Source: Candidatus Latescibacterota bacterium (lineage in GTDB: Bacteria > Latescibacterota > UBA2968 > UBA8231). Taken from it: 64,000 nt of DNA. Location of the stretch: contig CBDFJF010000002.1 in the NCBI GenBank assembly GCA_965248265.1, forward strand, positions 3,552,001 to 3,616,000, in the 5' to 3' direction. The notes below the pieces were generated by a model. It was not told the origin of the DNA. It did no database searches and saw only the letters and a program-made list of their open reading frames with translations. Positions 20,456 through 29,604 of the stretch are shown in pieces. The stretch's first letter is position 1, and every line of letters starts with the position of its first letter. Both the position numbers and the translations under genes were made by a program.

Positions 20456-20757
20456 ATCATGTAGTTCCGGTAAGGCTGTACTTGACGATCGTGGGGTGCC
20501 TGTTCGTCCTCACTGTGATCACGGTTCTGGCCGCGTTCATCGAGCTGGGCGCTCTGAATACGCCAGTGGCTCTCGGAATCGCCATTCTCAAGGCGACGCT
20601 CGTCGTCCTGTTCTTCATGCACGTCCGCTACAACACCCCGCTGATGTGGGTGTTCGCCGCCGCCGGGTTCTTCATGTTCCTCCTTCTTCTCGTCCTGATG
20701 ATGCAAGACTATATGAGCCGTGATTGGGAGGCGCTTCCAGTGGAGTTCTTGCTCTGA
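20449..20757 (+). CDS. coxD: Cytochrome c oxidase subunit IV (caa3-type)
   Basis: Three TM helices, [16 protein letters not shown]. Confidence 0.88.
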   Translation: MVNHVVPVRLYLTIVGCLFVLTVITVLAAFIELGALNTPVALGIAILKATLVVLFFMHVRYNTPLMWVFAAAGFFMFLLLLVLMMQDYMSRDWEALPVEFLL

Positions 20758-20763
20758 CGCGCC

Positions 20764-21492
20764 TCACTTCTTCTTCCTGCTGGGCGGCTTGAGGCCGAAA
20801 TTCACCGTCACCGCACCGTCCGCCACCTCGATCTCCTGTACCTGGTCCGTGAAAAACTCGTGCCACGCCTCAAGGGTGTATTTCCCGGGGGGTACGTTCT
20901 CGATGGCGAAGCTGCCGTCGGCCGCACTCACGGCAAAGAAGGGATGCGGCAGGACGCCGATGTACGCCGTCATCCAGGGGTGTACGTCGCACTTGAAGGG
21001 GACCATGACCTCCGGCTGCGCAAACATGGTGCCCGGCACCGGCAGCTTCCTGATACGGGCTGGCATGGCCTTGTTGAACTCCTCGTTGACCTTGGGCATC
21101 ATGTGCACGTTGTGTAAGAGGCGGTCGCTGTTGAGGATCCTCAGAGGCTGTCCCACCATTAGACCCAGCACCCGCGGCGTGTAGGCGCAGCCGATCTGAT
21201 CCAATTCCCCAGGTCTCTTGGGGGATTCGAACGTCTGCCCCTCCAGGCCGGTCTTTATGTACACGAAGACGTTCTTCACGTTCTTGTCGGCATCGAGAAC
21301 GTAGCGCTCCGACATGTGTGGCTCCGTGTGCTTGGCCACGCAACCGGGATCGGTCTCCATCTTTACCGGCTTCGCCGGAGGGATCTTCTTCGCAACTACC
21401 TTCACCACCCCGCTGATCGTGCCCGACACCACGGGACCGGCCGACAGAGCGATAGCGGCGGCGAGTGCGATTGACAGCTTTCCAACGACCAT
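20764..21492 (-). CDS. Exported cupredoxin-like / carboxypeptidase-regulatory-like domain protein
   Basis: Signal peptide, GTISG, HNVH…CDVHPWM, DGSF.I.NVPPGKY..EAWHE. Confidence 0.85.
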   Translation of the reverse strand: MVVGKLSIALAAAIALSAGPVVSGTISGVVKVVAKKIPPAKPVKMETDPGCVAKHTEPHMSERYVLDADKNVKNVFVYIKTGLEGQTFESPKRPGELDQIGCAYTPRVLGLMVGQPLRILNSDRLLHNVHMMPKVNEEFNKAMPARIRKLPVPGTMFAQPEVMVPFKCDVHPWMTAYIGVLPHPFFAVSAADGSFAIENVPPGKYTLEAWHEFFTDQVQEIEVADGAVTVNFGLKPPSRKKK

Positions 21493-21493
21493 C

Positions 21494-23209
21494 TCATTCT
21501 CCTTCTACAGTTGAGTTTCTGTTGACTAACAATTGACTCCTGCGCCGAAAGCTCCTCCTCGCCGCGAACTGGACGGCGATTGTCAGCAAGGCGCCCACGA
21601 GGCCAAGGAGAATGGGCTTATTGGTGGTGGGCTTCTGCAGAAGCAGGTAGTACCAGGTGGATACCGAGCACCGAGTTCCCGCCTCCCCGTTGGACCCGTC
21701 CCAGGCTGCAAAGGCGATTGGAATGAACGCTCCCACTTCGAGCTGGAGGTCGTTCTTATCCTCCGTCCGCAAAGATCTGTGGATCAATAGCTGGTAGCGG
21801 CCATGCGAATAGGTGATCCTACCACGCACGTCCTGGGTATCAGCCGGTTGCTCCTGGAACCGGGTCATGCCCTTCGCCCTTCCCTCGCTGACTTCCACCG
21901 ACACCCCGCTCGCCTCCGGTGACACAGATGGGCTCGCATGCCAGACCCACGCGTACGCGGCACGTCGCGCATCACCCATGAGGAAGTAGGGACGCACCGC
22001 TCCGTCGGATATCTTGGTGGGAAACTGCACGGCCAGGGCGTCGTCCAGCACCGCCTGCTGCTCTAACACGCCCTGATCTTCGACGGCCGCCTCGCCATTT
22101 GCCTCGTCGGCTGTGGCGATGCTCAGCGAGGGGTCGTGCCAGGTGACGAGAAGCGCCACCTCCTCCCCGTTGTGCATGGACTTGCCGAACACGGCTGTCA
22201 CGGTCGGCGCAAAGAGGCGTGGCTCAATGATCACCTGCCCGGCAAGGGGAAACATTGCGCCCTCCCCTTCCCCCCAGCGCGGGTCATCTGCTCGCTGCGG
22301 CAGCTCCCCTTCCACGAGCGCAGATTCCAGGACGATGGCCACTTCCGGTTTCTGCGCCGGCGACAGCGAACGCACGTAGTTGGCCAGATGCCATGTCTTG
22401 ACGCGTATCTCGCGCATGGCGTCGTCGTACCTCTCCCGTTCCTCAGCAGAGATTTCCTCCTCGTCCTCTATCATGATCTGAATGTCCTCGACCTCCATAT
22501 CCATCGGAAAACTCTCTTTGATCGAGGGCATTGGGGTCCCCGCCAACCCGCCCATGAAGCGCCTGTACAGATCCTCCTCCGCATCCCCGCCCCGAAATCG
22601 CCAGCTCATGGTCAGATCAGCGGGTCGGGTCGGATAATTCCACTCATCCAGCAGGGTCAGAGCCGAAGGACCGTCGCCGCGTCCCTGCTGGCCGTGACAT
22701 TTGGCGCATTCGAGCATCTCGAAGACTCTGCGTCCCTCTGACACGCTTTCCTCAGAACCGGGGACTCTATCCACCAACGCTATCTCCAGCGGCGGGGCAG
22801 TGGCGCGCTCGAAGTGCTTCGCGAAGGTCTTGATGTACGCCACGACCGCGAGTCGCTCCTCGTCGCTGAGTCCGGGCCAGCCCGGCATGGACGTACCCGG
22901 CATGCCGTCGGTGACGATGCGGAGCAGGTCGGCGTCCGTGGGCAGCTCCCGGGACGCGGTGGAACGGATCTTATACAACCCTCGGGTGAAGTCCCGCGGG
23001 CGTGGGTTCAAACGCTCGGCCCCGGAGCCGTCCCCCGCTCCTCCCGCACCGTGACAGTGTGCGCATTTGTTGTCGTATATGGCCTTGCCTGGCCCGATGG
23101 CCCCCACGTTCCCGGCCTGTGCTTGGGCTTGCCCGACAACCCCCGCCCCCAGGGCGCAGGCCATGGCGACCGCAAACAGGGCGAGCTGTTTCGAAACTGG
23201 CATACTCAT
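21494..23209 (-). CDS. Diheme cytochrome c fused to an EbdC/NxrC-like (DMSO reductase type II heme-b) domain, with C-terminal TM anchor
   Basis: CAHCH (PRPRDFT..YK.RST), CAKCH, W.DP…D.LAVQFP…YFLMGD…W.W…AFAAWDG.NGE; ATGA overlap at 23206-23209. Confidence 0.85.
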   Translation of the reverse strand: MSMPVSKQLALFAVAMACALGAGVVGQAQAQAGNVGAIGPGKAIYDNKCAHCHGAGGAGDGSGAERLNPRPRDFTRGLYKIRSTASRELPTDADLLRIVTDGMPGTSMPGWPGLSDEERLAVVAYIKTFAKHFERATAPPLEIALVDRVPGSEESVSEGRRVFEMLECAKCHGQQGRGDGPSALTLLDEWNYPTRPADLTMSWRFRGGDAEEDLYRRFMGGLAGTPMPSIKESFPMDMEVEDIQIMIEDEEEISAEERERYDDAMREIRVKTWHLANYVRSLSPAQKPEVAIVLESALVEGELPQRADDPRWGEGEGAMFPLAGQVIIEPRLFAPTVTAVFGKSMHNGEEVALLVTWHDPSLSIATADEANGEAAVEDQGVLEQQAVLDDALAVQFPTKISDGAVRPYFLMGDARRAAYAWVWHASPSVSPEASGVSVEVSEGRAKGMTRFQEQPADTQDVRGRITYSHGRYQLLIHRSLRTEDKNDLQLEVGAFIPIAFAAWDGSNGEAGTRCSVSTWYYLLLQKPTTNKPILLGLVGALLTIAVQFAARRSFRRRSQLLVNRNSTVEGE

Positions 23210-23964
23210 TCCCATGTCCTCGGAACCTGGCCGGTGGCCTCGTACATGAAGAGGATGACCTGCCAGATCTCCTCCTCCGTGAGCATTTCCTCCCAAGCGG
23301 GCATGGCCGAGCTCCACGGCGCCGAGATCGCGGGCAATCCCGGTCCCCCCTTGCTCACGCGCCAGAACACGAACGATTCCTGGAGCATGGCGAGGGTCCC
23401 GGGATCTGTGAAGTCCGCGGGGGGGGGACTGAAGGCGTGGGCGAACATGCCGTTGCCATCCAGGTCGTCGCCGTGGCAGAAGTGACAGTTCTGATAGTAA
23501 GTGGCCCGTCCCGCCTCCATGTGCCGGTCGTGGTTGCCGCCGTCATGACGCAGCGGGTTCTCCAGGCCGGCCAGGTCGATGTCCCGGCCGCGAAACTGAA
23601 TCGAGGCTGGAGGCGCTGGGTGAACGGTCCTCAGCTCCGCCGGGGGAACGCTGCTGACGGATGAGTTCGTGAACACGACAAAGGCCACCGCCAGAGGCAG
23701 GAAGGTGAAAACGACGATGCGGTGACGGGCTTTGTCTTCGTCGGCCAGCAGCTCCCCGATGGGACGGATGAACTCCCTAAGCCTTTCGTTTTCGACGCCG
23801 ATCTGCGACAGGATCCCGATGATGATGAGACCCATGTACAAGTAGACGATACTCGCCGGCAGCGGCGGCCTGACGCCGTAGGCCAGGCCGACGTAGCACA
23901 CGGCGACCAGGATCACCGCCTTTGAGAAACTCGAAAGCTGCCTCACGGCCTCCTCATTCGGCAC
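23206..23964 (-). CDS. Membrane-anchored monoheme cytochrome c
   Basis: Three N-terminal hydrophobic segments, CHFCH, PADFTDPGT, SAMPAW. Confidence 0.88.
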   Translation of the reverse strand: MPNEEAVRQLSSFSKAVILVAVCYVGLAYGVRPPLPASIVYLYMGLIIIGILSQIGVENERLREFIRPIGELLADEDKARHRIVVFTFLPLAVAFVVFTNSSVSSVPPAELRTVHPAPPASIQFRGRDIDLAGLENPLRHDGGNHDRHMEAGRATYYQNCHFCHGDDLDGNGMFAHAFSPPPADFTDPGTLAMLQESFVFWRVSKGGPGLPAISAPWSSAMPAWEEMLTEEEIWQVILFMYEATGQVPRTWE

Positions 23965-25342
23965 TTTCAGGCACAGAGCCCTTGAGGCTGGCCAGATAGG
24001 CGACCAGGTCGCGAAATTGCCTCACGGTGATGACGTCGTCGAATTTGGGCATTTTGGACTGCACCAGAAGCCTGCGCCCGGCAACGTTGGAGAGATCGCT
24101 CTTGGCGATCGTCAGCGTAGTGTCGGCGCTGCGGATCGTCAGGCTGGCCTCGTCTTCGTGCTCTATTGGGCCGCTCACCTTGTTCTCGCCGTCGCCGACG
24201 ACGGCGCTGATCCAGAAGTAACCCCGATCGGAAATCGACCGCGTATCGGCTATGGGCAGAAGCGCCAGATCGTCACGCTGCACGAGTCGCTCAGCACCCC
24301 CAGAGGCACTTTCGTCAACCGCTACTTCCTCCACCTCCTCCACATCTTCTTCCTCCTCCTCCTCACCCCATCCCCAGTCGTCGTCCTCCGCTTCCTCCAC
24401 CACGTCCAGTTGCAACACCAGCGCATCGCCCTCTTCCCTGACGAGTCTTCCCGCGAGCTCCTCGCCGTTGGCCAGGCTGAGCGTCGTCGATCCGTACCCC
24501 TGAACGATCTTGGCGTTGGGATCTAGGATCGATTCCTCCATGTAGTCCAACGTGTTGAGGGCCCCGATCTCCGTCAATTCGGGACCGACCTCCAGCTGGA
24601 CCTCGGCTGCGCCTACGCGGTGGCATTTGTCGCACTGCAGCTCCTCGACAAAGACCAGTCGACCGGCCTCGGGATCTCCCTGGGCTACCTTCTCGGGGAC
24701 CGCGGCGGCCGCGGTGATATCGATGGGCGGCACGATGGCCGTCAAATCCGGTTCGCCGCCCTGGCTCTGGAGAAAGGCGATCAGCGTTTCGATTTCCAGG
24801 GGGGAGAGGGCGATGGGAGGCTTCCACGCCGGAGGCATTATGTTGCCGTACCCCTTTACCAGATAAGCCTCCGGTAGGTACAGCGCCTCCACCAGATAAT
24901 CCCGGGTCGACGTGTCTTCCTGGCGTCCTCCGCCCGCGATGCCGATATCGCTCAGGTCCGGACAGCGCGGCGTAGTCGCCGACGCTCCGATGACGTGGCA
25001 GGTGGAGCACTTGCCCTTGCCGTAGAAGATCGACTTCCCCGCCGCGACAAAAGCTTCTGGGGTGCGCTCGATGTCACCGACGGCCACGGCGGCGCCGGAG
25101 CTACCCTGGGGGATGAGATTTCCCAGTAGGGCGTAGGACCAGATCACGGCCAGCGCGAAAGTCGCCAGCCGCATCAGATTCTGTTGTAGCGCCATGTTGG
25201 CGCAGATGGCCAGGAAGACCCACACCGACCACGACAGGATGTTCTGGTCAGCCAGGGGAAAAGGCGCAGCTCCCATCAGGAAAGCCCCCAGGCTCAACAG
25301 GAGAAGGGCGAAGATGAGAATCTTTACAGGTGCCCGGTGCAT
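23954..25342 (-). CDS. Membrane-anchored diheme cytochrome c
   Basis: N-terminal TM helices, CSTCH and CDKCH, distal Met motifs IMPP and SKMP; acidic insert. Confidence 0.88.
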   Translation of the reverse strand: MHRAPVKILIFALLLLSLGAFLMGAAPFPLADQNILSWSVWVFLAICANMALQQNLMRLATFALAVIWSYALLGNLIPQGSSGAAVAVGDIERTPEAFVAAGKSIFYGKGKCSTCHVIGASATTPRCPDLSDIGIAGGGRQEDTSTRDYLVEALYLPEAYLVKGYGNIMPPAWKPPIALSPLEIETLIAFLQSQGGEPDLTAIVPPIDITAAAAVPEKVAQGDPEAGRLVFVEELQCDKCHRVGAAEVQLEVGPELTEIGALNTLDYMEESILDPNAKIVQGYGSTTLSLANGEELAGRLVREEGDALVLQLDVVEEAEDDDWGWGEEEEEEDVEEVEEVAVDESASGGAERLVQRDDLALLPIADTRSISDRGYFWISAVVGDGENKVSGPIEHEDEASLTIRSADTTLTIAKSDLSNVAGRRLLVQSKMPKFDDVITVRQFRDLVAYLASLKGSVPESAE

Positions 25343-25359
25343 GGATTTCGTCTCCGCCC

Positions 25360-27087
25360 TCAGTTGGCAGCTTCCTCTTTCTTATCGCCCAACGATCCGA
25401 GCCAGAAGATGAAGCAGATCAAGGCGCCGAAAACGATGACGATGGCGGCGATGATGTTGGACGCGTCACCCACGGTCGGGGTGAAGGCATCTGGTGATGT
25501 GTCCCTCATGACGCCGTATATGTGCCAGTCCTCCCGGATGCCCGACCGCACGTACCCCATGAGTCCCATCATGGCGCAGAATGTGACAGCCAGCAATATG
25601 AGGATGTACTGAGACTGGTCCGTCATCTTACCCCACTGCACTTCGCCGGTGGATGAGGCCCGTCGATAGAGGATGACATCGAGGACGGTCACCGAGAACA
25701 GGACCGCCAGAACGACTACCACCTGTCCAGGGGTCAGGACGTTCACCCGCTCCAGACTGGGCACGTAGTACCCCATAACGCCAAGAACGACCACGATGGC
25801 GGCGGCGGCGGCGAAGATGGTGAACACCACGACGTTGACGGGTTTGGACCACCTCAATGTCGGGGTTTTGCCGGATCTGCGGTAAAAGAGAAAGGTCAGG
25901 AACGTGGTGAGGATGATGAGGTTTACGGCCGTGTTCTTGGCCGACATAACTCCGAAGACTCCCACGAGCGGATGGTGTTCACCGCCGATGGCCGCCTTCT
26001 CCACCGGGCTCAGGATCAGGGTCCTGGGAGTTGCCCACACGGCAATGCAGGCGATGAGGACCGCGAATACGAAAGGTCGGTACCGGCTGTATCGCTCGGC
26101 GCCTTTGATGCGGCCCATCCCCGACCACAGGTAGAAGTTCACGCCCAGGAAGAGTACGCCGATCATGGCCGCCTGAATGATGAACAGCCAGGAGAACAGG
26201 CTGCCCATCATGTTGATGCCCATGGTCTGGTTGAACTCGTAGATCTCCTTGGCGAGCCAGTACCCGGCAAAGGGCAGGGGGATGAGGGCGCAGACGGCGA
26301 TAAAGTTTCCGGTGTACCCCATCCAGTCGTAGTGGGCTTTGTCCGATTCGCTCGTGGCCGTGAGGAATCGGACCGCCGCGTAGGCAGCCACGACGGCTCC
26401 CCCGAAGGCGATGTTGGCGATGAAGCGATGTATGTTGATCGGCATCCAGGTGAAGTTGTAAACCGCATCCCCAAGACTGATCAGAGCTCCCTGCTCATCT
26501 ATTCCTGCCGGGCTGGTCATGAAGGTGAGCCAGGAATTGGCCACGCACATGATCGCCGTACCGAAGACGTTGAGTAGCACGCCGAAGGTCAGGTGCAGCC
26601 ACTTCCGGTTCATCAGCCGGTCCCACGTGTACCAATACAGATAGAGGCTGAAGGTCTCTCCGAAGAAGAGCGCCACGTAGAGGACGTACGTGGGCGTGAA
26701 AATATTGGTCATGTAGCCAAAGAAGCGGGGATAGAACCCGATCATCAGAAACAGCAGCACGGCACCGAACATGGCCGTGGTGGAAAACGCCACGAGACAC
26801 AGCTTGATGAACTCGCGGGCCATGCGGTCGTAGCGCGGGTCGCCGGTGCGCACACCGACGAACTCGATGATGAGGGCAAAGAGTGGGACACCGAGGATGA
26901 AGGCGGCGAACATGAGGTGGAGCTGGGCCGCAACCCAGACCGCGACCCGGCTGCCTACCACGGGGAATTCTCGGTACTCTGGGATGTCGGAGAAGGCGCC
27001 CTGGGACCAGGCCGGTGTGCTCGTGAAGAGAAGTATCAGACCGAAGGAGATGGCCGTCAGTGGCGGTGAACTGTGGCCCTCTGGCAT
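25360..27087 (-). CDS. Cytochrome bd-like oxidoreductase subunit I (CydA superfamily, no CydB partner)
   Basis: AQLHLMFAAF.LG.P, FF.E, ANSWLTFMTSP.G, NIHR and GY.RS..R..W motifs; polytopic membrane protein; ATG at 27087 preferred. Confidence 0.85.
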   Translation of the reverse strand: MPEGHSSPPLTAISFGLILLFTSTPAWSQGAFSDIPEYREFPVVGSRVAVWVAAQLHLMFAAFILGVPLFALIIEFVGVRTGDPRYDRMAREFIKLCLVAFSTTAMFGAVLLFLMIGFYPRFFGYMTNIFTPTYVLYVALFFGETFSLYLYWYTWDRLMNRKWLHLTFGVLLNVFGTAIMCVANSWLTFMTSPAGIDEQGALISLGDAVYNFTWMPINIHRFIANIAFGGAVVAAYAAVRFLTATSESDKAHYDWMGYTGNFIAVCALIPLPFAGYWLAKEIYEFNQTMGINMMGSLFSWLFIIQAAMIGVLFLGVNFYLWSGMGRIKGAERYSRYRPFVFAVLIACIAVWATPRTLILSPVEKAAIGGEHHPLVGVFGVMSAKNTAVNLIILTTFLTFLFYRRSGKTPTLRWSKPVNVVVFTIFAAAAAIVVVLGVMGYYVPSLERVNVLTPGQVVVVLAVLFSVTVLDVILYRRASSTGEVQWGKMTDQSQYILILLAVTFCAMMGLMGYVRSGIREDWHIYGVMRDTSPDAFTPTVGDASNIIAAIVIVFGALICFIFWLGSLGDKKEEAAN

Positions 27088-27543
27088 GCATTTGCCTTGC
27101 GTACGGCAGGGAGCTAATTGGCGGGTCAAAGTTGTTCGAATTCTCCTGCCTTCTTGTGGCCTCGCTTGAAACTGGCCAACCTGTTGAGCAAGGTCCACTA
27201 CATGCAGATGGCAGCTGTCGACCGACAGAGCTGGTGATCGTCAGCTGGATACTCTCAGTCCAGCCGCTGACCCAGATACGCTATAGCAAGTGGTTGCAAA
27301 TAGCAAGTGGTCACAAGGAATTGAGACGATTTCGTCCCACATCGTCGTCGCCATGACTGCCCCACTCCATACGGACACATGTGGAGGGCGTCGGCCTGCC
27401 AGCGCCGCGTTTGACTGCGCCGCACTATACCGTATATCCTGCCTAACCGTCAATCAAGAAAAAGCGGATTGAGCGGGGGAACGGTTTGTGTTGAGGCGAA
27501 TTGGAGACAAAACTGAAAGTGAAAACTAGCATTCGTCTTTTAT

Positions 27544-27565
27544 CATTATGATGTACATCATAATG
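27544..27565. promoter_or_regulatory. Perfect 22-bp palindrome CATTATGATGTACATCATAATG, candidate operator
   Basis: Exactly self-complementary; core TGAT-N4-ATCA; lies in the divergent intergenic region. Confidence 0.65.
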
Positions 27566-27590
27566 CACATCCCTTAACACTCCACGTGAC

Positions 27591-28091
27591 GTGCTTACCT
27601 TCGAAACCTTCATTCTTTGGCTACATCTGGCAGCTGCAGTAATTTGGTTTGGAGGCATGTCCTTCGTGACCTTCGTACTACTGCCACTATTGCAACGCTC
27701 CACCTCCTCCCCGAGAGAATTCTCTGGGATAATCGAGAGGGCAGTGAGGCGTTTTCAAACCATCAGTTGGGAGGCGGTCGCAATCATATTTATTACGGGA
27801 ATTTTCAATCTAACCAATGCCGGGATTGTGCGTGAATTTAATTTTAGCGTGGCCTATTTGCATGTAGTGGCCATAAAGCTGCTTCTCCTTGTCGTGATCA
27901 TTGCCATCCAGTCGTTTCAAAGCTACAGTATTTTGCCAAAACTTATTTGTGCGCCATCGTCGGACGAAAACTTGCCGTCGAGGTCGGACTCCTTCGACAG
28001 ACTTCGCAAGAAGACAATATTCCTGTCAATTCTGAATTTAGTATTGGCCGGCTCAGTGATTTATTTAGGGTTGGGGCTGAGGTATCAATAA
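27591..28091 (+). CDS. CopD/DUF4149-like four-TM membrane protein
   Basis: WLHLAAAVIWFGG.F…LLP, ITG..N, IKLLL motifs. Confidence 0.75.
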   Translation: MLTFETFILWLHLAAAVIWFGGMSFVTFVLLPLLQRSTSSPREFSGIIERAVRRFQTISWEAVAIIFITGIFNLTNAGIVREFNFSVAYLHVVAIKLLLLVVIIAIQSFQSYSILPKLICAPSSDENLPSRSDSFDRLRKKTIFLSILNLVLAGSVIYLGLGLRYQ

Positions 28092-28105
28092 GGAGAAGGC
28101 GAGGC

Positions 28106-28624
28106 TTAGGCTGTTAGGGATCGCTTCCAGTCCATCTGGGCGAAGATAATTCGCAAATCCGGGCTGTCGAGTGACTTGGCCAAGAATTCCCTAAACATCT
28201 CAAATATTCCACACCGCAGGGCATCCGCATCCAGCGCGAATAGGTCTAAGAGGTTCCCGGCGTCTTTTACCATATTGCTCCAGGTGTCGTTTTGCGGCCA
28301 ATCGCCTGTTTCCCTTCTAGAGACGGGTACCATTCCAAGTCTCAGTTCGAAGAAATGATGGAAGCGTTCCAAGGCTTTGAATTCATCCTGAGTGAAATCC
28401 TCCGCAAATTTTGCGATAGCCTTCTCAGAATAGTCGCCCTTCAAACCACCATCAAGATACCGTCTACCCGGCAAATAAATGTCGTCGAACCAGACGCGGG
28501 CTAATTCGAACGCCAATTTTTCGGGAGCGATGAACTTGTGGCACGCCTTCAAACTCTCCTCCGAGGTGAGAAATAGGAGGAAAACGATCACGTGTTCCCT
28601 GGTCTTTACTGTCTCCATCGCCAT
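28106..28624 (-). CDS. Hypothetical protein
   Basis: 172-aa ATG ORF; no family recognised. Confidence 0.65.
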   Translation of the reverse strand: MAMETVKTREHVIVFLLFLTSEESLKACHKFIAPEKLAFELARVWFDDIYLPGRRYLDGGLKGDYSEKAIAKFAEDFTQDEFKALERFHHFFELRLGMVPVSRRETGDWPQNDTWSNMVKDAGNLLDLFALDADALRCGIFEMFREFLAKSLDSPDLRIIFAQMDWKRSLTA

Positions 28625-28703
28625 CTTGTATTGAGACTATTCGATGATAGACTCGGAGTATACCAGCAGGCCACTGCAGCCTCGCTGAGCCGGCGATCCG
28701 TCT

Positions 28704-29219
28704 TCACCTAGCCAACTTTTCAGGCACTTCCGGAGAATAATCGAATTTGTCCGAAAGCGCTGCCTTGGCCGCAAAGGCGAAAAGGGTAATCAATCCCCAG
28801 GATAAACCCACCACAACCCCCACGTCGATGATGCCCCGCCAAGGCTGGTCGATACGCTGTATGACGATAATCAAGATGATTATTGCCGCGGTGAGCACCA
28901 CGATATTTCGCTGTCTATTCCCGAGTACGTGAAAGTAGCCAACACAGAACAGCGGCGCGAGGAAAACATGCAAGGCTTTCGGATTTTGGCGCAGATATTT
29001 ACACCTTGCCGTGACCCTTGGCGAGAAGCTGTTCTGGAAGCCGCGATATCCCTCCGAATAAGCCATGAATAACGTATTGATAACCAGCAACGCCCAATGA
29101 TACCAAACCAAATCATACAGAAAAGCCTCTGCCGCGACCGGCGTCAATCGATATAAGGCAAAACCGATCAACAATGCGATTCCGGCAAATCCCCATATTG
29201 CTCCCAATAAGCCGATCAT
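28704..29219 (-). CDS. Hypothetical membrane protein
   Basis: 171 aa, several TM helices, FMAYSEGYRGFQ..FSPRV and QPWRGIID.GV motifs. Confidence 0.75.
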   Translation of the reverse strand: MIGLLGAIWGFAGIALLIGFALYRLTPVAAEAFLYDLVWYHWALLVINTLFMAYSEGYRGFQNSFSPRVTARCKYLRQNPKALHVFLAPLFCVGYFHVLGNRQRNIVVLTAAIIILIIVIQRIDQPWRGIIDVGVVVGLSWGLITLFAFAAKAALSDKFDYSPEVPEKLAR

Positions 29220-29241
29220 TGTATCAGAGTATCAGAAAAAA

Positions 29242-29604
29242 TCAAAAGTCAATTCCCGGCAAATTCTCCCATTTGGGTTCGCCTTCCGGCTTGAAATTTC
29301 GCGTACAAACGAAATTCAATTCGTGATGATGAAAATTTAGTTTGAATTTGCCGCCGCCAAAATTTTTCAGTAGATAATTCATGGGATCGTTAACCAGCGG
29401 GGTCATATCTTTTCCATTGAAGCGCGCAAGTCCTTTGAATTGGACTGAGTTTTGCCATGGTGTCTGAACCAATACCGTTACCGATGATTCGCGCAATGTC
29501 TGGAAAAAGGCATTTTGCAGGTCATCCTGAGACGGATTCGGATTTCCCAAACGTTCCAGCTCCCGGGTAACGTATTCTTCATACATTTCCCAAACCCATT
29601 CCAT
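29242..29604 (-). CDS. Hypothetical protein
   Basis: 120-aa ATG ORF preceded by GAGG; no family recognised. Confidence 0.7.
   Translation of the reverse strand: MEWVWEMYEEYVTRELERLGNPNPSQDDLQNAFFQTLRESSVTVLVQTPWQNSVQFKGLARFNGKDMTPLVNDPMNYLLKNFGGGKFKLNFHHHELNFVCTRNFKPEGEPKWENLPGIDF

Noticed and set aside
21494-27087. Nitrite oxidation inferred from the NxrC-like domain and Nitrospira-like cluster
   Set aside because: No nxrA/nxrB or other type II DMSO-reductase catalytic subunit is in the window
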